From Candidatus Eiseniibacteriota bacterium (lineage in GTDB: Bacteria > Eisenbacteria > RBG-16-71-46 > JABDJR01): a DNA stretch of 64,000 bases. The position numbers were made by a program, and so were the translations under genes. The notes beneath the pieces were generated by a model that ran no database searches, was not told the origin of the DNA, and saw only the letters and a program-made list of their open reading frames with translations. Shown piece after piece: positions 35,940 to 46,120 of this stretch (position 1 is the stretch's first letter; each line of letters starts with the position of its first letter). The stretch spans positions 832,001 through 896,000 of the forward strand of contig CAVXKA010000001.1 in assembly GCA_963762255.1 (NCBI GenBank). Reading direction: 5' to 3'.

Positions 35940-37817
35940 ATGCGCGCCTTCCTGAGTTCCTGTCTCCTTGCGGCGTTCTGTCTGGTGCTGGCCGGTTCCG
36001 CCTTCGGCCAGGCCGGCGACGTCCCTGAACGCAAGGACATCGATCCCAAGTACAAGTGGCGGCTCGAAGACATCTATGCGACCGACCAGGCGTGGGAATC
36101 GGATTTCGCCAAGCTCGAGAAGATGCTCCCGGATATCGGCGCCTTCAAGGGCCGGCTCGGCGACAGCGGCGCGGTTCTCCTGGACGCGCTGCGCAAGCGC
36201 GACGAGATCGGCCTCATCCAGGACCGTCTCCTCGTCTTCGCGGGCATGCGCTACGACGAGGACACCCGCATCGACAAGTACGCGGGCATGCGTGACCGGA
36301 TCAACATGCTCGGCAGCCGGCTGAGCGAGGCTGGCTCCTACTTCGTGCCGGAAGTGCTCCAGATCCCGCGCGATCAACTCTGGAAGATGGTGGAGACCAC
36401 GAAGGGACTCGAGCTCTATCGCCACTACCTCGACGACATCGTGCGCGGCGCCGCTCACACCCTGAGCGCGAACGAGGAAGCGCTCCTGGCCGCGGCCGGA
36501 CCCGCCACCGGCGCGTACTCCTCGGTCTTCGGCGCCTTCCAGAACTCCGACATCAAGTTCGGCACCATGAAGGACGAAGAGGGGAACGAGATCGAGTTGA
36601 GCCAGGGCCGCTACTATCGGTTCCAGGAGTCCTCCGACCGTCGCGTGCGCGAGGAGTCGTGGAAGCTCTTCTATCAGGCCTACCGGGAGTTCGGTCGCAC
36701 GCTTGCCGCGAACATGTCCGGCAACATCAAGACCGACGTGTTCTACGCGCGGGCGCGCAAGTACGACTCGGCGCTGGAGTCTTCCCTCGACGCCAACGCG
36801 ATCCCGGTGTCGGTCTACAAGAACCTCATCAAGGCCACTCGCGACAACATCAAGCCGCTCCACCGCTACGTGGCCATGCGCAAGCAGGCGCTGGGCGTGG
36901 ACACGCTTCGCACGTGGGACATGGCGGCGCCGCTCGCTCCGCGTCTCGAGAAGCAGATCGCCTTCGACGACGCGCTCACGATGGTGACCGCCGGCTTGCA
37001 GCCGCTGGGCCCCGAGTACCTCACGCCGTTCAAAGAGGCGTTCGACCAGGGATGGGTGGACGTCTACGAGACGCAGGGCAAGCGCGGCGGGGCCTACTCG
37101 TGGGGTTCCTACTCCACCAAGCCGTACCTGCTCTTGAACTACAACGGCACCCTGAACGACGCCTTCACGCTGGGGCACGAGATGGGGCACTCGATGCACT
37201 CGTACTTCGCGCGCAAGAACCAGCCCTATATCTACGGCGGCTACTCTCTGTTCGTGGCCGAGGTGGCGTCGACCACGAACGAGGCGCTCATCATCGAGAA
37301 GATGCTGAAGGAGACGACGGATCACGCCGAGCGGATCGCGCTCCTGAATCACTACCTCGAGCAGATTCGGGGCACGTTCTTCACCCAGATCATGTTCGCC
37401 GACTTCGAGCTGCAGATGCACGAGATGGTGGAGCGCGGCGAGCCGCTGACCAAGGAGGCGCTCGACACGGCGTACCAGGACATCTACGCGCTCTACTTCG
37501 GTCCGTCGGTGGTGGCCCCCGAACTGAACGGCGCCACCTGGAGCCGCATCCCGCACTTCTATCGCAACTTCTATGTGTTCCAGTACGCCACGGCGTACGC
37601 GGCGGCGACCGCCCTGTCGCAGAAGATCCTCGACGAGGGGAAGCCGGCGGTGGACGGGTACCTGGCGTTCCTGAAGGCAGGGAGCAGCGAGTACCCGATC
37701 GACGTGCTGAAGAAGGCCGGAGTGGACCTGACCACGCCCGCGCCGTTCGTGGCCACGATCCAGACCTTCGACCGGCTGGTCACGGAGATGGAGACCGAGC
37801 TGGCGAAGGGGAATTAG
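35940..37817 (+). CDS. pepF: Oligoendopeptidase F (M3B), secreted
   Basis: KWRLEDIY, GKRGGAYS, HEMGHSMH, AEVAST.NE, IPHFY; signal peptide. Confidence 0.95.
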   Translation: MRAFLSSCLLAAFCLVLAGSAFGQAGDVPERKDIDPKYKWRLEDIYATDQAWESDFAKLEKMLPDIGAFKGRLGDSGAVLLDALRKRDEIGLIQDRLLVFAGMRYDEDTRIDKYAGMRDRINMLGSRLSEAGSYFVPEVLQIPRDQLWKMVETTKGLELYRHYLDDIVRGAAHTLSANEEALLAAAGPATGAYSSVFGAFQNSDIKFGTMKDEEGNEIELSQGRYYRFQESSDRRVREESWKLFYQAYREFGRTLAANMSGNIKTDVFYARARKYDSALESSLDANAIPVSVYKNLIKATRDNIKPLHRYVAMRKQALGVDTLRTWDMAAPLAPRLEKQIAFDDALTMVTAGLQPLGPEYLTPFKEAFDQGWVDVYETQGKRGGAYSWGSYSTKPYLLLNYNGTLNDAFTLGHEMGHSMHSYFARKNQPYIYGGYSLFVAEVASTTNEALIIEKMLKETTDHAERIALLNHYLEQIRGTFFTQIMFADFELQMHEMVERGEPLTKEALDTAYQDIYALYFGPSVVAPELNGATWSRIPHFYRNFYVFQYATAYAAATALSQKILDEGKPAVDGYLAFLKAGSSEYPIDVLKKAGVDLTTPAPFVATIQTFDRLVTEMETELAKGN

Positions 37818-37835
37818 AGTTCGAGTGAACGGTCG

Positions 37836-37870
37836 AGCGCCCGGGGCCCGCGAGGCTCCGGGCGCTTCTT
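37836..37870 (+). terminator. Hairpin/terminator after pepF
   Basis: AGCGCCCGG / CCGGGCGCT stem followed by TCTT. Confidence 0.5.
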
Positions 37871-37879
37871 GAAAGGCCC

Positions 37880-40013
37880 ATGGCCCGACTGCATCCGGCG
37901 AATCTCGACGGGTTGACCCCCACGCGGGGCGAAGAACAGGTCTTCGCCCACCTGAAGCGCATGCTCGCGCCGGATGATGAGCATTGGGTCTGGTACGAGC
38001 CGCTCGTGGCGGGTAAGCGCGGACGGCGCACGCCGGACTTCGTGATCCTGGGGCCGGCGCACGGCGTGGTGGTGCTGGAGGTGAAGGACTGGAGTGCGCC
38101 GTCGGTGGTGCGCGGCGAGTCCACGGATATCTGGGTGCGCGAGGGGGAGAACGAGCGGCGCGAGACGCACCCCGAGAAACAGGCGCGCGAGGCGAGCTAC
38201 GCGGTGCGCGACGCCCTCTCACGGGTGCCGCAGCTCAAGCACGAGACGGGCGAGCACGAGGGACAACTGGTCCTGCCCGTCAACTACGGCGTGGCGTTCC
38301 CGCACATGACCCGCCGCGACGTGGCGCGCCTGGCCAAGCGAGGCGTCCCGATCCACCCCGACAAGTGCCTGACCCGCGAGGATCTCGAACGCCAGGATGA
38401 AGAGGGGACGCGGCGGTTGCTTGCCGGGCTCAAGCGCCTCTGCGACGTCTGCTTTCCGTTTGAGTTGGACGACGCGCTCCGCAACCGCGTACGCACCGCG
38501 ATCGAGCCGCAGACGCACTTCTTCGATCTGCGCGAGGAGGGGGCGGGCGACGCGGAGCACGCGGCGGCGGTGGGCGCCGCGCGGGCGGGGTTGATCCCGG
38601 ATACGACCGGCGCCGCGGAAACGCCCCCGACCGGGGGGGCCCAGGTCACCCGCGTCCCGCTCCCCGAGTTCGCCGGCTTCTTCCTCGACGACAAGCAGGA
38701 GCGGATGGCGCGACAGCTCGCTTCGCCGCGCACGCTGGTGTATGGCCCCGCCGGCAGCGGCAAGACGATCTTCCTGGTCGCGCGCGCACACTACTGGCTC
38801 GACCAGAAGCCCGACGCGCGCGTGCTCTTCACGTGCTACAACGCAAGCCTCGCCTCGCACCTGCGCAGCGTCTTCGCGGTGAAGGGGATCGCGCCCGACG
38901 GGGAACGGCTCACCGTGCGCCACTACCACGAACTCTGCGGCGCGATCCTGGGCATGGCGGACATTCACGAGCGCTCGCCTGAGTTCTACGCGACATTGGA
39001 GCCCAAGGTCTTGCAGGAGTTGGTCCGCCGCGAGGACACGCCGGTCTTCGATTGCATCCTGGTGGACGAAGGGCAGGACTTCACGCGCCGCATGATGGAG
39101 GTGCTGGTGCGCCTCTCCGCCGAGGGTGGCGAGATCACGGTCGTGTGCGATCCCGCGCAGGACATCTACGGGCGATGGAGCGTGGACAACCTCGCCCCCA
39201 TGCGCGATCACGCGACCGAGCATCTCGTCGACTGTTATCGCAACACTGCGCCGATCTTCGCGCTCGCGCTTGGCGGTGCTCTCCGAGGAGACCCGCGAGG
39301 CGATGGGGCTCAACCGTCTGGGCCTCACAAGGCCGGAGGACATGAAGCGCTTCGGGCCGCCGCCTGAGTTGGTGCCGCTCGAAGGGCTCGACGATCTCAT
39401 CACGCTCATCCACGGCGTCACCCAGGAGTTCGACGCGCGCGGGACGTCGCTCGGCGATCTCGCGATCCTCTACCCCGACCGGCACGCGATCCCGAACTTT
39501 GCCGGGCGGCTCGCGCACTCACGCTGGCAGAGCGCGGCGGATCCTCGGTTCGTGCACGCGGTGGAAGACGCGGTCGAGGATCCCGCCGACGCCGCGTTCG
39601 GCACGCTGATGCCGGACACGGAGCGCGATCTGGGAGTGGAGCCGGAACCGGCGCATTTCGCGGATGCGTTGGAGCGCGAGCTGCGCGGGCGAGGGATCCC
39701 GGTCGAGTGGGTGACGCGCGACTTCGCGTCCAAGGCGGCCTACGACATCTCGCGGGCGCGGCTGACGCTCTCCACCGTGCACAGCGCGAAGGGGATGGAC
39801 TTCCATACCGTGATTCTCCTGGGCGCGGAGAGTTTGGCGGTGAAGGCGGGCCGTGATCGGGATCGCGCGGCATCGCTCCTCTTCACCGGCGCGACGCGGG
39901 CGAGGGAGCGACTCATCCTGCCGTACTTCCTCGACCGTGGATGGGTGCCGGAGCTTCGCGAGCGCCTGCGGGAGATCGCCGAGGACCCGCACCTGCGGGG
40001 GGGGCGGGCGTAG
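37880..40013 (+). CDS. NERD nuclease - UvrD-like SF1 helicase fusion (frameshifted near 39270)
   Basis: PDFVIL...LEVKDW, GPAGSGKT, ILVDEGQD and YRN in ORF 37880. STVHSAKG and TRARERL are in ORF 39126. Removing one T at 39270-39271 joins them. Confidence 0.85.
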
Positions 40014-40405
40014 GCGCTCACCCGCCCGCCGGCGCTGCCACCAGTGGCTGACGTGGTCAGCCTCTGTGGTGGGAAGATGGGTAGGATCGTCTACCCCAGG
40101 TTGGCCGGATTCGCAGGTCGCGCTGGATCTCCCCCGAACAGCCCGTTACGCGGGGGTCAAGGGGGTGACGGGCGACGATACACTACTTAAATAGTCGTTT
40201 ATTCTCTTTGCGTTTCGGCAACTTTGGATTATCTTGTCCACCATTCCCCATCTCGATGGGCCGCGCACAGAGCATTGCAGGGCGGCTCTCCGCTCACCGG
40301 TGAAGGGAGTTCGCACAGGACAGCGCGTCCGACGTCCACGGGGAAGCTGCACGCCCCTCGGACGTGTCGCGAACACAGATGGAAAGACCGACGCGAGGAG
40401 ACCTG

Positions 40406-41398
40406 ATGTCGACACGAACTGTGGCGGTTCTTGCCACGATCGCGGTGTTCTTCGAGCTGCTATGCGGCTCCGTCCGGTCATGTTCCGCAGGCGTCGCAAG
40501 CTGGTCCCCCGGAAATTTCCACTCAGAGGTCTCTTGGTATGAAAGCGGCGGCTACGGCGACGACGCTTACCTATCCCTCGACCCGGTCATCGGCAGTCTT
40601 GAAGAAACCGTCGTCCTGCAGGATAGCCTCGGGATCGCCTGGAACGACTGGGCGCCGGTCGCCTATGGGAGCGCAAACACGCGGTACAAAGTGACGCTGT
40701 CCGCGGCAGGCGTTGACGCGATCTTCTGGTCCGGCGCATCTGCGTTCGCGTCGTACGAATGTCCATGCTACGTGACCGCGAGCGGGACGAACTCCTTGAC
40801 CTACTACAGATTTGTGCTGGACTCGCCGACGGACGTGTCCCTGTCGGTCGCCACGGATAACCCCGGAGAGCTCGGGTGGAACGATGGTGGTCAGGTCGCA
40901 GCAAACGTCTATCCGTACGCAGGCTGGACGCCGCTCTTCTCGGAACCTCCCTTCAATGCCGTGCCCAGCGGCTTCTTCACCGAGACCCGCGAACTCCCTG
41001 CGGGAGACTATCGGTTCGGAGCAACCTCGTCCGCCTCTGCAATCGGCCAGGGGGGAGCCGGCGCGCACGGGGTCAGCACGCACGTCATCCTGAGCTTCGC
41101 CACTCCGACGGGCGTGGCTGAACAACCGCTTGGGAGGATACGGGCAACTGTGGTGCTGACCCCGAACCCCTCACACGGTAGGAGCTCGCTCACCTACGTG
41201 ATGCCCTACTCCGGTGAGGTGGATGTGTCGCTGTTCAGCATCGACGGGAGACGCGTCGAGACCCTTGCGCACGGTGTCAGACCGGAGGGGCGGACGACCA
41301 TGGACTGGCAATGTGTCCGACCCCTTTCGGGAATCTTCTTTGTTCGAATGACAGGCAGGGACTTCGTCGCGTCTTGCCGCGTCGTGATGCTGAGGTAG
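40406..41398 (+). CDS. Secreted protein with T9SS/FlgD-like C-terminal domain
   Basis: GAGGAG RBS; signal peptide; TPNPS...LFSIDGRRVETL...SGIFFVRM. Confidence 0.8.
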   Translation: MSTRTVAVLATIAVFFELLCGSVRSCSAGVASWSPGNFHSEVSWYESGGYGDDAYLSLDPVIGSLEETVVLQDSLGIAWNDWAPVAYGSANTRYKVTLSAAGVDAIFWSGASAFASYECPCYVTASGTNSLTYYRFVLDSPTDVSLSVATDNPGELGWNDGGQVAANVYPYAGWTPLFSEPPFNAVPSGFFTETRELPAGDYRFGATSSASAIGQGGAGAHGVSTHVILSFATPTGVAEQPLGRIRATVVLTPNPSHGRSSLTYVMPYSGEVDVSLFSIDGRRVETLAHGVRPEGRTTMDWQCVRPLSGIFFVRMTGRDFVASCRVVMLR

Positions 41399-41458
41399 GA
41401 GCGAGGCGACACGGGGCCCTCGGTACAGGTCGGAGTTCAACCTCCACCCAGGAGTCCG

Positions 41459-41665
41459 GTGATGAACCTGAAAGGCATGCTGCTCACGCTGGCAGTTGTG
41501 GGCTACGTCCCCTTCTCGATCTGGCTTTGGTCGCGTGGCGCTCGAATGGAACGCAGGTTGAGGAAGTACGACTTCGAGCACAGGGGTGCGGCGGGTGTGG
41601 GGTTCGCTACATTCGAAGATTCAGGAGGGCACGCACGCCAGTGGAGACAGGCCAAGCAAGCATAG
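41459..41665 (+). CDS. Small membrane protein (possibly truncated)
   Basis: AGGAG RBS; one TM helix. Confidence 0.4.
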   Translation: MMNLKGMLLTLAVVGYVPFSIWLWSRGARMERRLRKYDFEHRGAAGVGFATFEDSGGHARQWRQAKQA

Positions 41666-41884
41666 AAGCTGGCTGCGACACTGATGAGTGTCTGGGTCTT
41701 GCCCCTCCTGCTTGTCTCTATCTTCTTGCTGCTCCGAGGTTGCGCTCGCTGATTCGGTGCTCTCTCGCCGCCATCAGCCGGCTGGATTCACAAGCCGGCC
41801 TTCCTTGGCTCCCCACCCGCTCGGGGTCTTCACCCGCCTCACACCGGAGCCGGCGCTCGTCGCGCGATTCGCGGTCGGCTCCCC

Positions 41885-42655
41885 CTACGGCTCCAACCCC
41901 TCATACAGCGCCTCCGCCACCGCCTCCGGCCGGTTCGTGATCACCGCCGTCACACCAAGCTGGATCAACCGTGACGCTTCCGAAGCTTCATCCACCGTCC
42001 ACGCGCTCACCATGAGCCCCGCCTCCTCGGCGCGCCGCATCATCTTGCGGTCCACGAGATCATGGCGGGGATGGATGGCCTGAAGCGTTTCCGCGATCTC
42101 CGACTCTTCCAGGTGATTGAAGGCCGCGATCTCCGAGAACAGATACCCGAGCAACGCACCCGCGTCCCGCCCGCGCAGGGCCGCCAGCACATCGAGGTCG
42201 AAGGAAGAGACCAGCGCCGATTCGTTGGGCCGGAGCTGCTCCAGCGCGGTGATCAAGCGCTCCGCGGCGGCGGTGTGGCGGCCGCGCCCCGGCGGCTTCA
42301 TCTCCACGTTGAGCAGACAGCGCCCGCTCAACGCTTCCAGGGTCTCGGCCAGCGTGTGCACGCGGTACGTGCCCTGCGGCGAGGGGAACCGCATCGCGGC
42401 GAGGTCGACCCACGTGCTTCCCTCGATCGAGATCGGACCCGACGGGCCCTCGACGATCTCGTCGTGGTGCACCACCAGCACCTCGTCGCGCGTCATCCGC
42501 ACGTCGAACTCGACACCGTCGCACCCGGCCTCGAGCGCGGCCTCGAACGATTGGGGGGTGTTCTCGCGTGCCGCGGCGGGATAGCCGCGATGGCCGATGA
42601 GGAACGGCCCGCTCAGCCGCGTCCAGGAAAGAATGTCGGTCATGCGTGGTATCAT
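41885..42655 (-). CDS. Glycerophosphodiester phosphodiesterase
   Basis: IGHRG...ENT, VEFDV, VVHHD, NVEMK, SSFD, WTVD, ITNRP. Confidence 0.93.
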   Translation of the reverse strand: MIPRMTDILSWTRLSGPFLIGHRGYPAAARENTPQSFEAALEAGCDGVEFDVRMTRDEVLVVHHDEIVEGPSGPISIEGSTWVDLAAMRFPSPQGTYRVHTLAETLEALSGRCLLNVEMKPPGRGRHTAAAERLITALEQLRPNESALVSSFDLDVLAALRGRDAGALLGYLFSEIAAFNHLEESEIAETLQAIHPRHDLVDRKMMRRAEEAGLMVSAWTVDEASEASRLIQLGVTAVITNRPEAVAEALYEGLEP

Positions 42656-42716
42656 GCGTGTCTTCTTTATTTGAGGCAAGCGGTCGCCCCCTCAGCCCGC
42701 CCACCACGAGGAGTTT

Positions 42717-43733
42717 ATGGCACAGACGGAAACCACGAATCTTCAGGCCCTGGAGCAACTTGCCGAGGGGCACAAGAAGATCCTGGACGAGATCCGCAAG
42801 GTGATCGTCGGGCAGGATCAGGTCATCGACGAGCTCTTGACCGCCCTCTTTGCAAACGGGCACTGCCTCCTTGTGGGGGTGCCGGGTCTCGCCAAGACGC
42901 TGCTCATCCACAGCCTGGCCGAGCTCCTGGAACTGCGGTTCAGCCGGATCCAGTTCACCCCGGACCTCATGCCGTCCGACATCACCGGCACCGAGATCCT
43001 CGAAGAGGACCGCACCACCGGCAAGCGCGCGTTCAAGTTCGTGCAGGGGCCGATCTTCGCCAACGTGGTGCTGGCCGACGAGATCAACCGGACCCCGCCC
43101 AAGACCCAGGCCGCGCTCTTGCAGGCCATGCAGGAGCGGCAGGTCACCGCCGGCGGCCAGACCTGGGATCTCGCACCGCCCTTCTTCGTGCTCGCCACCC
43201 AGAACCCCATCGAGCAGGAGGGGACGTATCCCCTGCCCGAGGCGCAGCTCGACCGGTTCATGTTCAACGTGCAGGTCGGCTACCCGAGCCAGGCGGAAGA
43301 AGTGGCGATCGTGAACCGCACGACCGGCGGCGAGACGCCGCGGCTTCAGCGCGTGCTGAGCGGCGCGGACATCATGCGCTTCCAGGACGTCGTTCGGCGG
43401 GTGCCGGCGTCTCCGTTCGTGGTGGACTACGCGGTGCGCCTGGCGCGAGCCACGCGGCCAGGCCAGGGCGGGCCGTCCATCCCCACGGTGCAGCAGTACG
43501 TGAGTTGGGGCGCGGGTCCTCGCGCGAGCCAGTTCCTCATCCTTGGGGCCAAGACGTGGGCGGCTCTGAACGGTTCGGTCTCTCCGTCGTGCGAGGATGT
43601 GCGCCGGGTGGCGCGGCCGGTGCTGCGCCACCGGGTGGTCACCAACTTCAGCGCCGAAGCCGAGGGGGTCACGCCCGAGACGCTCATCGATCAGCTCCTG
43701 GCGGCCATCCCCGAAGCGCCAGACAAGAAGTAG
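42717..43733 (+). CDS. moxR: MoxR-family AAA+ ATPase
   Basis: GVPGLAKT, RIQFTPDLMPSDITG, LADEINR, ATQNPIEQEGTYPLPEAQLDRF. Confidence 0.96.
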   Translation: MAQTETTNLQALEQLAEGHKKILDEIRKVIVGQDQVIDELLTALFANGHCLLVGVPGLAKTLLIHSLAELLELRFSRIQFTPDLMPSDITGTEILEEDRTTGKRAFKFVQGPIFANVVLADEINRTPPKTQAALLQAMQERQVTAGGQTWDLAPPFFVLATQNPIEQEGTYPLPEAQLDRFMFNVQVGYPSQAEEVAIVNRTTGGETPRLQRVLSGADIMRFQDVVRRVPASPFVVDYAVRLARATRPGQGGPSIPTVQQYVSWGAGPRASQFLILGAKTWAALNGSVSPSCEDVRRVARPVLRHRVVTNFSAEAEGVTPETLIDQLLAAIPEAPDKK

Positions 43734-43736
43734 CGC

Positions 43737-44636
43737 GTGGCCGACCAAGCCCTGCGGTACCTCGACCCGAAGGTTCTCTCGAACCTGCGCGGGCTCGACC
43801 TCATCGCGCGCCTCGTCGTCGAGGGGTTCATGACCGGCCTCCACAAGAGCCCCTATCACGGGTTCAGCGTGGAGTTCGCCGAGCACCGGCAGTACATGCC
43901 GGGGGATCCCTTCAAGCACGTGGATTGGAAGCTCTACGGCAAGAGCGACCGTTTCTACGTGAAGATCTTCGAGGAGGAGACCAACCTTCGCGCGCATATC
44001 CTCCTCGATGAGAGCGCGAGCATGGGGTACGCATCCGGCGATCGCCTCACCAAGTTCCAGTACTCCTCGTTTCTGGCCGCCGCACTCGCGTACCTGATGC
44101 TCATGCAGCAGGACGCGGTGGGGCTGCTTACCTTTCGGGACAAGATCGAGAAAGTGATCCCGCCTCGGTCGGCGCGCAGCCATCTGCGTCTGATCCTGAG
44201 CGAGCTGGAGCGGAGCAAGCCGTCCTCGACCACCGCGATGGGCACCGCGCTCGAGTATCTGGCCGAGCGGGTCAAGCGGCGAGGCCTCGTCATCCTCATC
44301 TCCGACCTCATGGACGATCCGGCGCGAGTGATACGAGGTCTCAAGCACTTCCGTCACCGCCAGCACGAGGTCGTGGTCTTTCACGTGCTGGACCCCTACG
44401 AGATCGAGTTCCCGTTCCGCGAGGAGACGGGGTTCGTGGACCTGGAGACGGGTCGCGAACTGATGACGCAGCCGTGGGAGATCGCCGAGGAGTACAAGCG
44501 CAAGTTCGCGGAGTGGAGCCAGACCTATCAGCGGGCCTGCCTCGAGAATCAGATCGAATATGTGCGGCTCTCCACCGAAACTCCGTATGACACAGCACTG
44601 CTTCGCTACCTCGAGAAACGCAAGCGGCTGCACTAA
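43737..44636 (+). CDS. DUF58 domain protein
   Basis: GLHKSPYHGFSVEFAEHRQY.PGD...DWK; DESASM. Confidence 0.95.
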   Translation: MADQALRYLDPKVLSNLRGLDLIARLVVEGFMTGLHKSPYHGFSVEFAEHRQYMPGDPFKHVDWKLYGKSDRFYVKIFEEETNLRAHILLDESASMGYASGDRLTKFQYSSFLAAALAYLMLMQQDAVGLLTFRDKIEKVIPPRSARSHLRLILSELERSKPSSTTAMGTALEYLAERVKRRGLVILISDLMDDPARVIRGLKHFRHRQHEVVVFHVLDPYEIEFPFREETGFVDLETGRELMTQPWEIAEEYKRKFAEWSQTYQRACLENQIEYVRLSTETPYDTALLRYLEKRKRLH

Positions 44637-44820
44637 TAAGACTAATTTGGTCATGTTGTTTTGGCTACGGTGTGGTGTCGGTATTTTTGCCACTATGCGG
44701 CAACTGATTGAGTTGGGCCGAGTTGTCAACCCGTTATTTAGCATTGATTTACGGGGTCCGATCCGCTAGACTTGTTGCAGGTTCTACATCGATCTGGGCC
44801 GACTATGCCCAGAGGGGGAA

Positions 44821-45645
44821 GTGCTCACTATGATCAGACTCACTGCTATCAGACTTGTATCGACTGTGGCTGGCGCTCTGATTCTCGGGGCTATCAGCCC
44901 GGCCTCAGCCACGGTCCTCGATCTCACCACGGCGGGTGCGAGCGGCGTCATCGGATCGGCGTTCTTCGTCCAGATACCCGAGCGGCCCACCGGTACCGGT
45001 CTGAACGACACCTTCCTGCGTGTCCAGGCCAACGGGATTGAAGAGGGCGTCAACTCCGATGGCCCGTACACGATGGATGAGAAGTCCGGCGCCTGGACCC
45101 ACAAGATCCTCGTAAGCGACTTTGGGGTGACGGATCTGCAAGGAACCCCCACGATCCGGTTCCTTCTGGACATGGGACAGGAGACCAGCAGTCCCTACTT
45201 GTCGCTGGACAGGTTCAAGATCTACGTGTCGCCGACCGCGACCTACAACACGCTGGGCCAGCTCCACGACCATGCGACCAAGCTCTACGACATGGATGCC
45301 GGGTCCGACAGTTGGATCAAGCTGAACGCTTCTCTGAATCCGGGTAACGGCAAGGGCGACATGATGGCCTACCTCCCGTACAGCTTGTTCGCCGCCCACA
45401 GCGGTGAGTATCTCTACCTGTATTCGAAGTTCGGCGCCCAAAGCGAACCGGACTTTGCCTCGCCTCTGGGCGGCCCCGAGTTCTGTGACGACATCGACTA
45501 CTCGTCCAACGACGGGCCCGAGGAATGGGCTCGCGTGGATGCAGGCGGCACGCCCCCCGGCACGGTACCCGAGCCGACCACGCTACTCCTTCTGGGCGGC
45601 GGGCTTCTTGGTGGAGCCATGGTTCGCCGTCGTAAGAAGGTCTAA
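44821..45645 (+). CDS. PEP-CTERM sorting domain protein
   Basis: Signal peptide; C-terminal VPEPTTLLLLGGGLLGGAMVRRRKKV. Confidence 0.93.
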   Translation: MLTMIRLTAIRLVSTVAGALILGAISPASATVLDLTTAGASGVIGSAFFVQIPERPTGTGLNDTFLRVQANGIEEGVNSDGPYTMDEKSGAWTHKILVSDFGVTDLQGTPTIRFLLDMGQETSSPYLSLDRFKIYVSPTATYNTLGQLHDHATKLYDMDAGSDSWIKLNASLNPGNGKGDMMAYLPYSLFAAHSGEYLYLYSKFGAQSEPDFASPLGGPEFCDDIDYSSNDGPEEWARVDAGGTPPGTVPEPTTLLLLGGGLLGGAMVRRRKKV

Positions 45646-45662
45646 CCTTGGTTCCCGCTTTG

Positions 45663-46085
45663 ATGTCTGCAGCCGGGACGGAGACGTCCCGGCTGTCCTG
45701 TTTTCGGGTCGCGCGGAAGCCCGGCGAGCGCGGCAGCTCGCTCCTCGAGGTGATGATCGCCGTCCTCATCCTGTCGATCGTCTCGGTCGCCATGTCCGTC
45801 TTCTTCGCGCGCGGGCGGTTCATGTTCGACCAGGAGGAGCGGAAGCGGGTGGGCACGCTCATCGCTCAGCAGGCGCTCGAGCAGGCGAAGGGCATGAACT
45901 ACGCGGATGTCGGAGCATGGTCCGACACCCTCATCGTCGCCAACATCACATATGATCTTGCCGTGACGGTGCAGACCGGCGCTCCCGCCGCCGACATGAA
46001 GACGGTCCGCGCCGTGACCACCTGGCAAGTCAGACCGACTGTGGACCGAAGCGTTTCTCTGGCTACCCTGCTTTACGACAAGTAG
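45663..46085 (+). CDS. Prepilin-type protein (PilV-like)
   Basis: ERG|SSLLEVMIAVLIL prepilin motif. The start is uncertain. Confidence 0.8.
   Translation: MSAAGTETSRLSCFRVARKPGERGSSLLEVMIAVLILSIVSVAMSVFFARGRFMFDQEERKRVGTLIAQQALEQAKGMNYADVGAWSDTLIVANITYDLAVTVQTGAPAADMKTVRAVTTWQVRPTVDRSVSLATLLYDK
45670..45704 (+). terminator. Terminator-like hairpin after the PEP-CTERM gene
   Basis: CAGCCGGGACG-GAGA-CGTCCCGGCTG followed by TCCTGTTTT. Confidence 0.65.
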
Positions 46086-46120
46086 GGTGCGGCCCGGAGG
46101 CGAGTCAAAGGGCAGATGAG

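Noticed and set aside
35820-38222. Upstream part of the 1040-aa minus-strand ORF
   Set aside because: Antisense shadow of pepF and the NERD gene. Only the last 240 codons (SDR) have motifs and an RBS.
42060-44744. 894-aa minus-strand and 649-aa plus-strand ORFs
   Set aside because: Shadows of GDPD, moxR and DUF58.
44764-44779. Possible sigma-54 promoter for the PEP-CTERM gene
   Set aside because: It has TTGC but lacks the invariant GG at -24.
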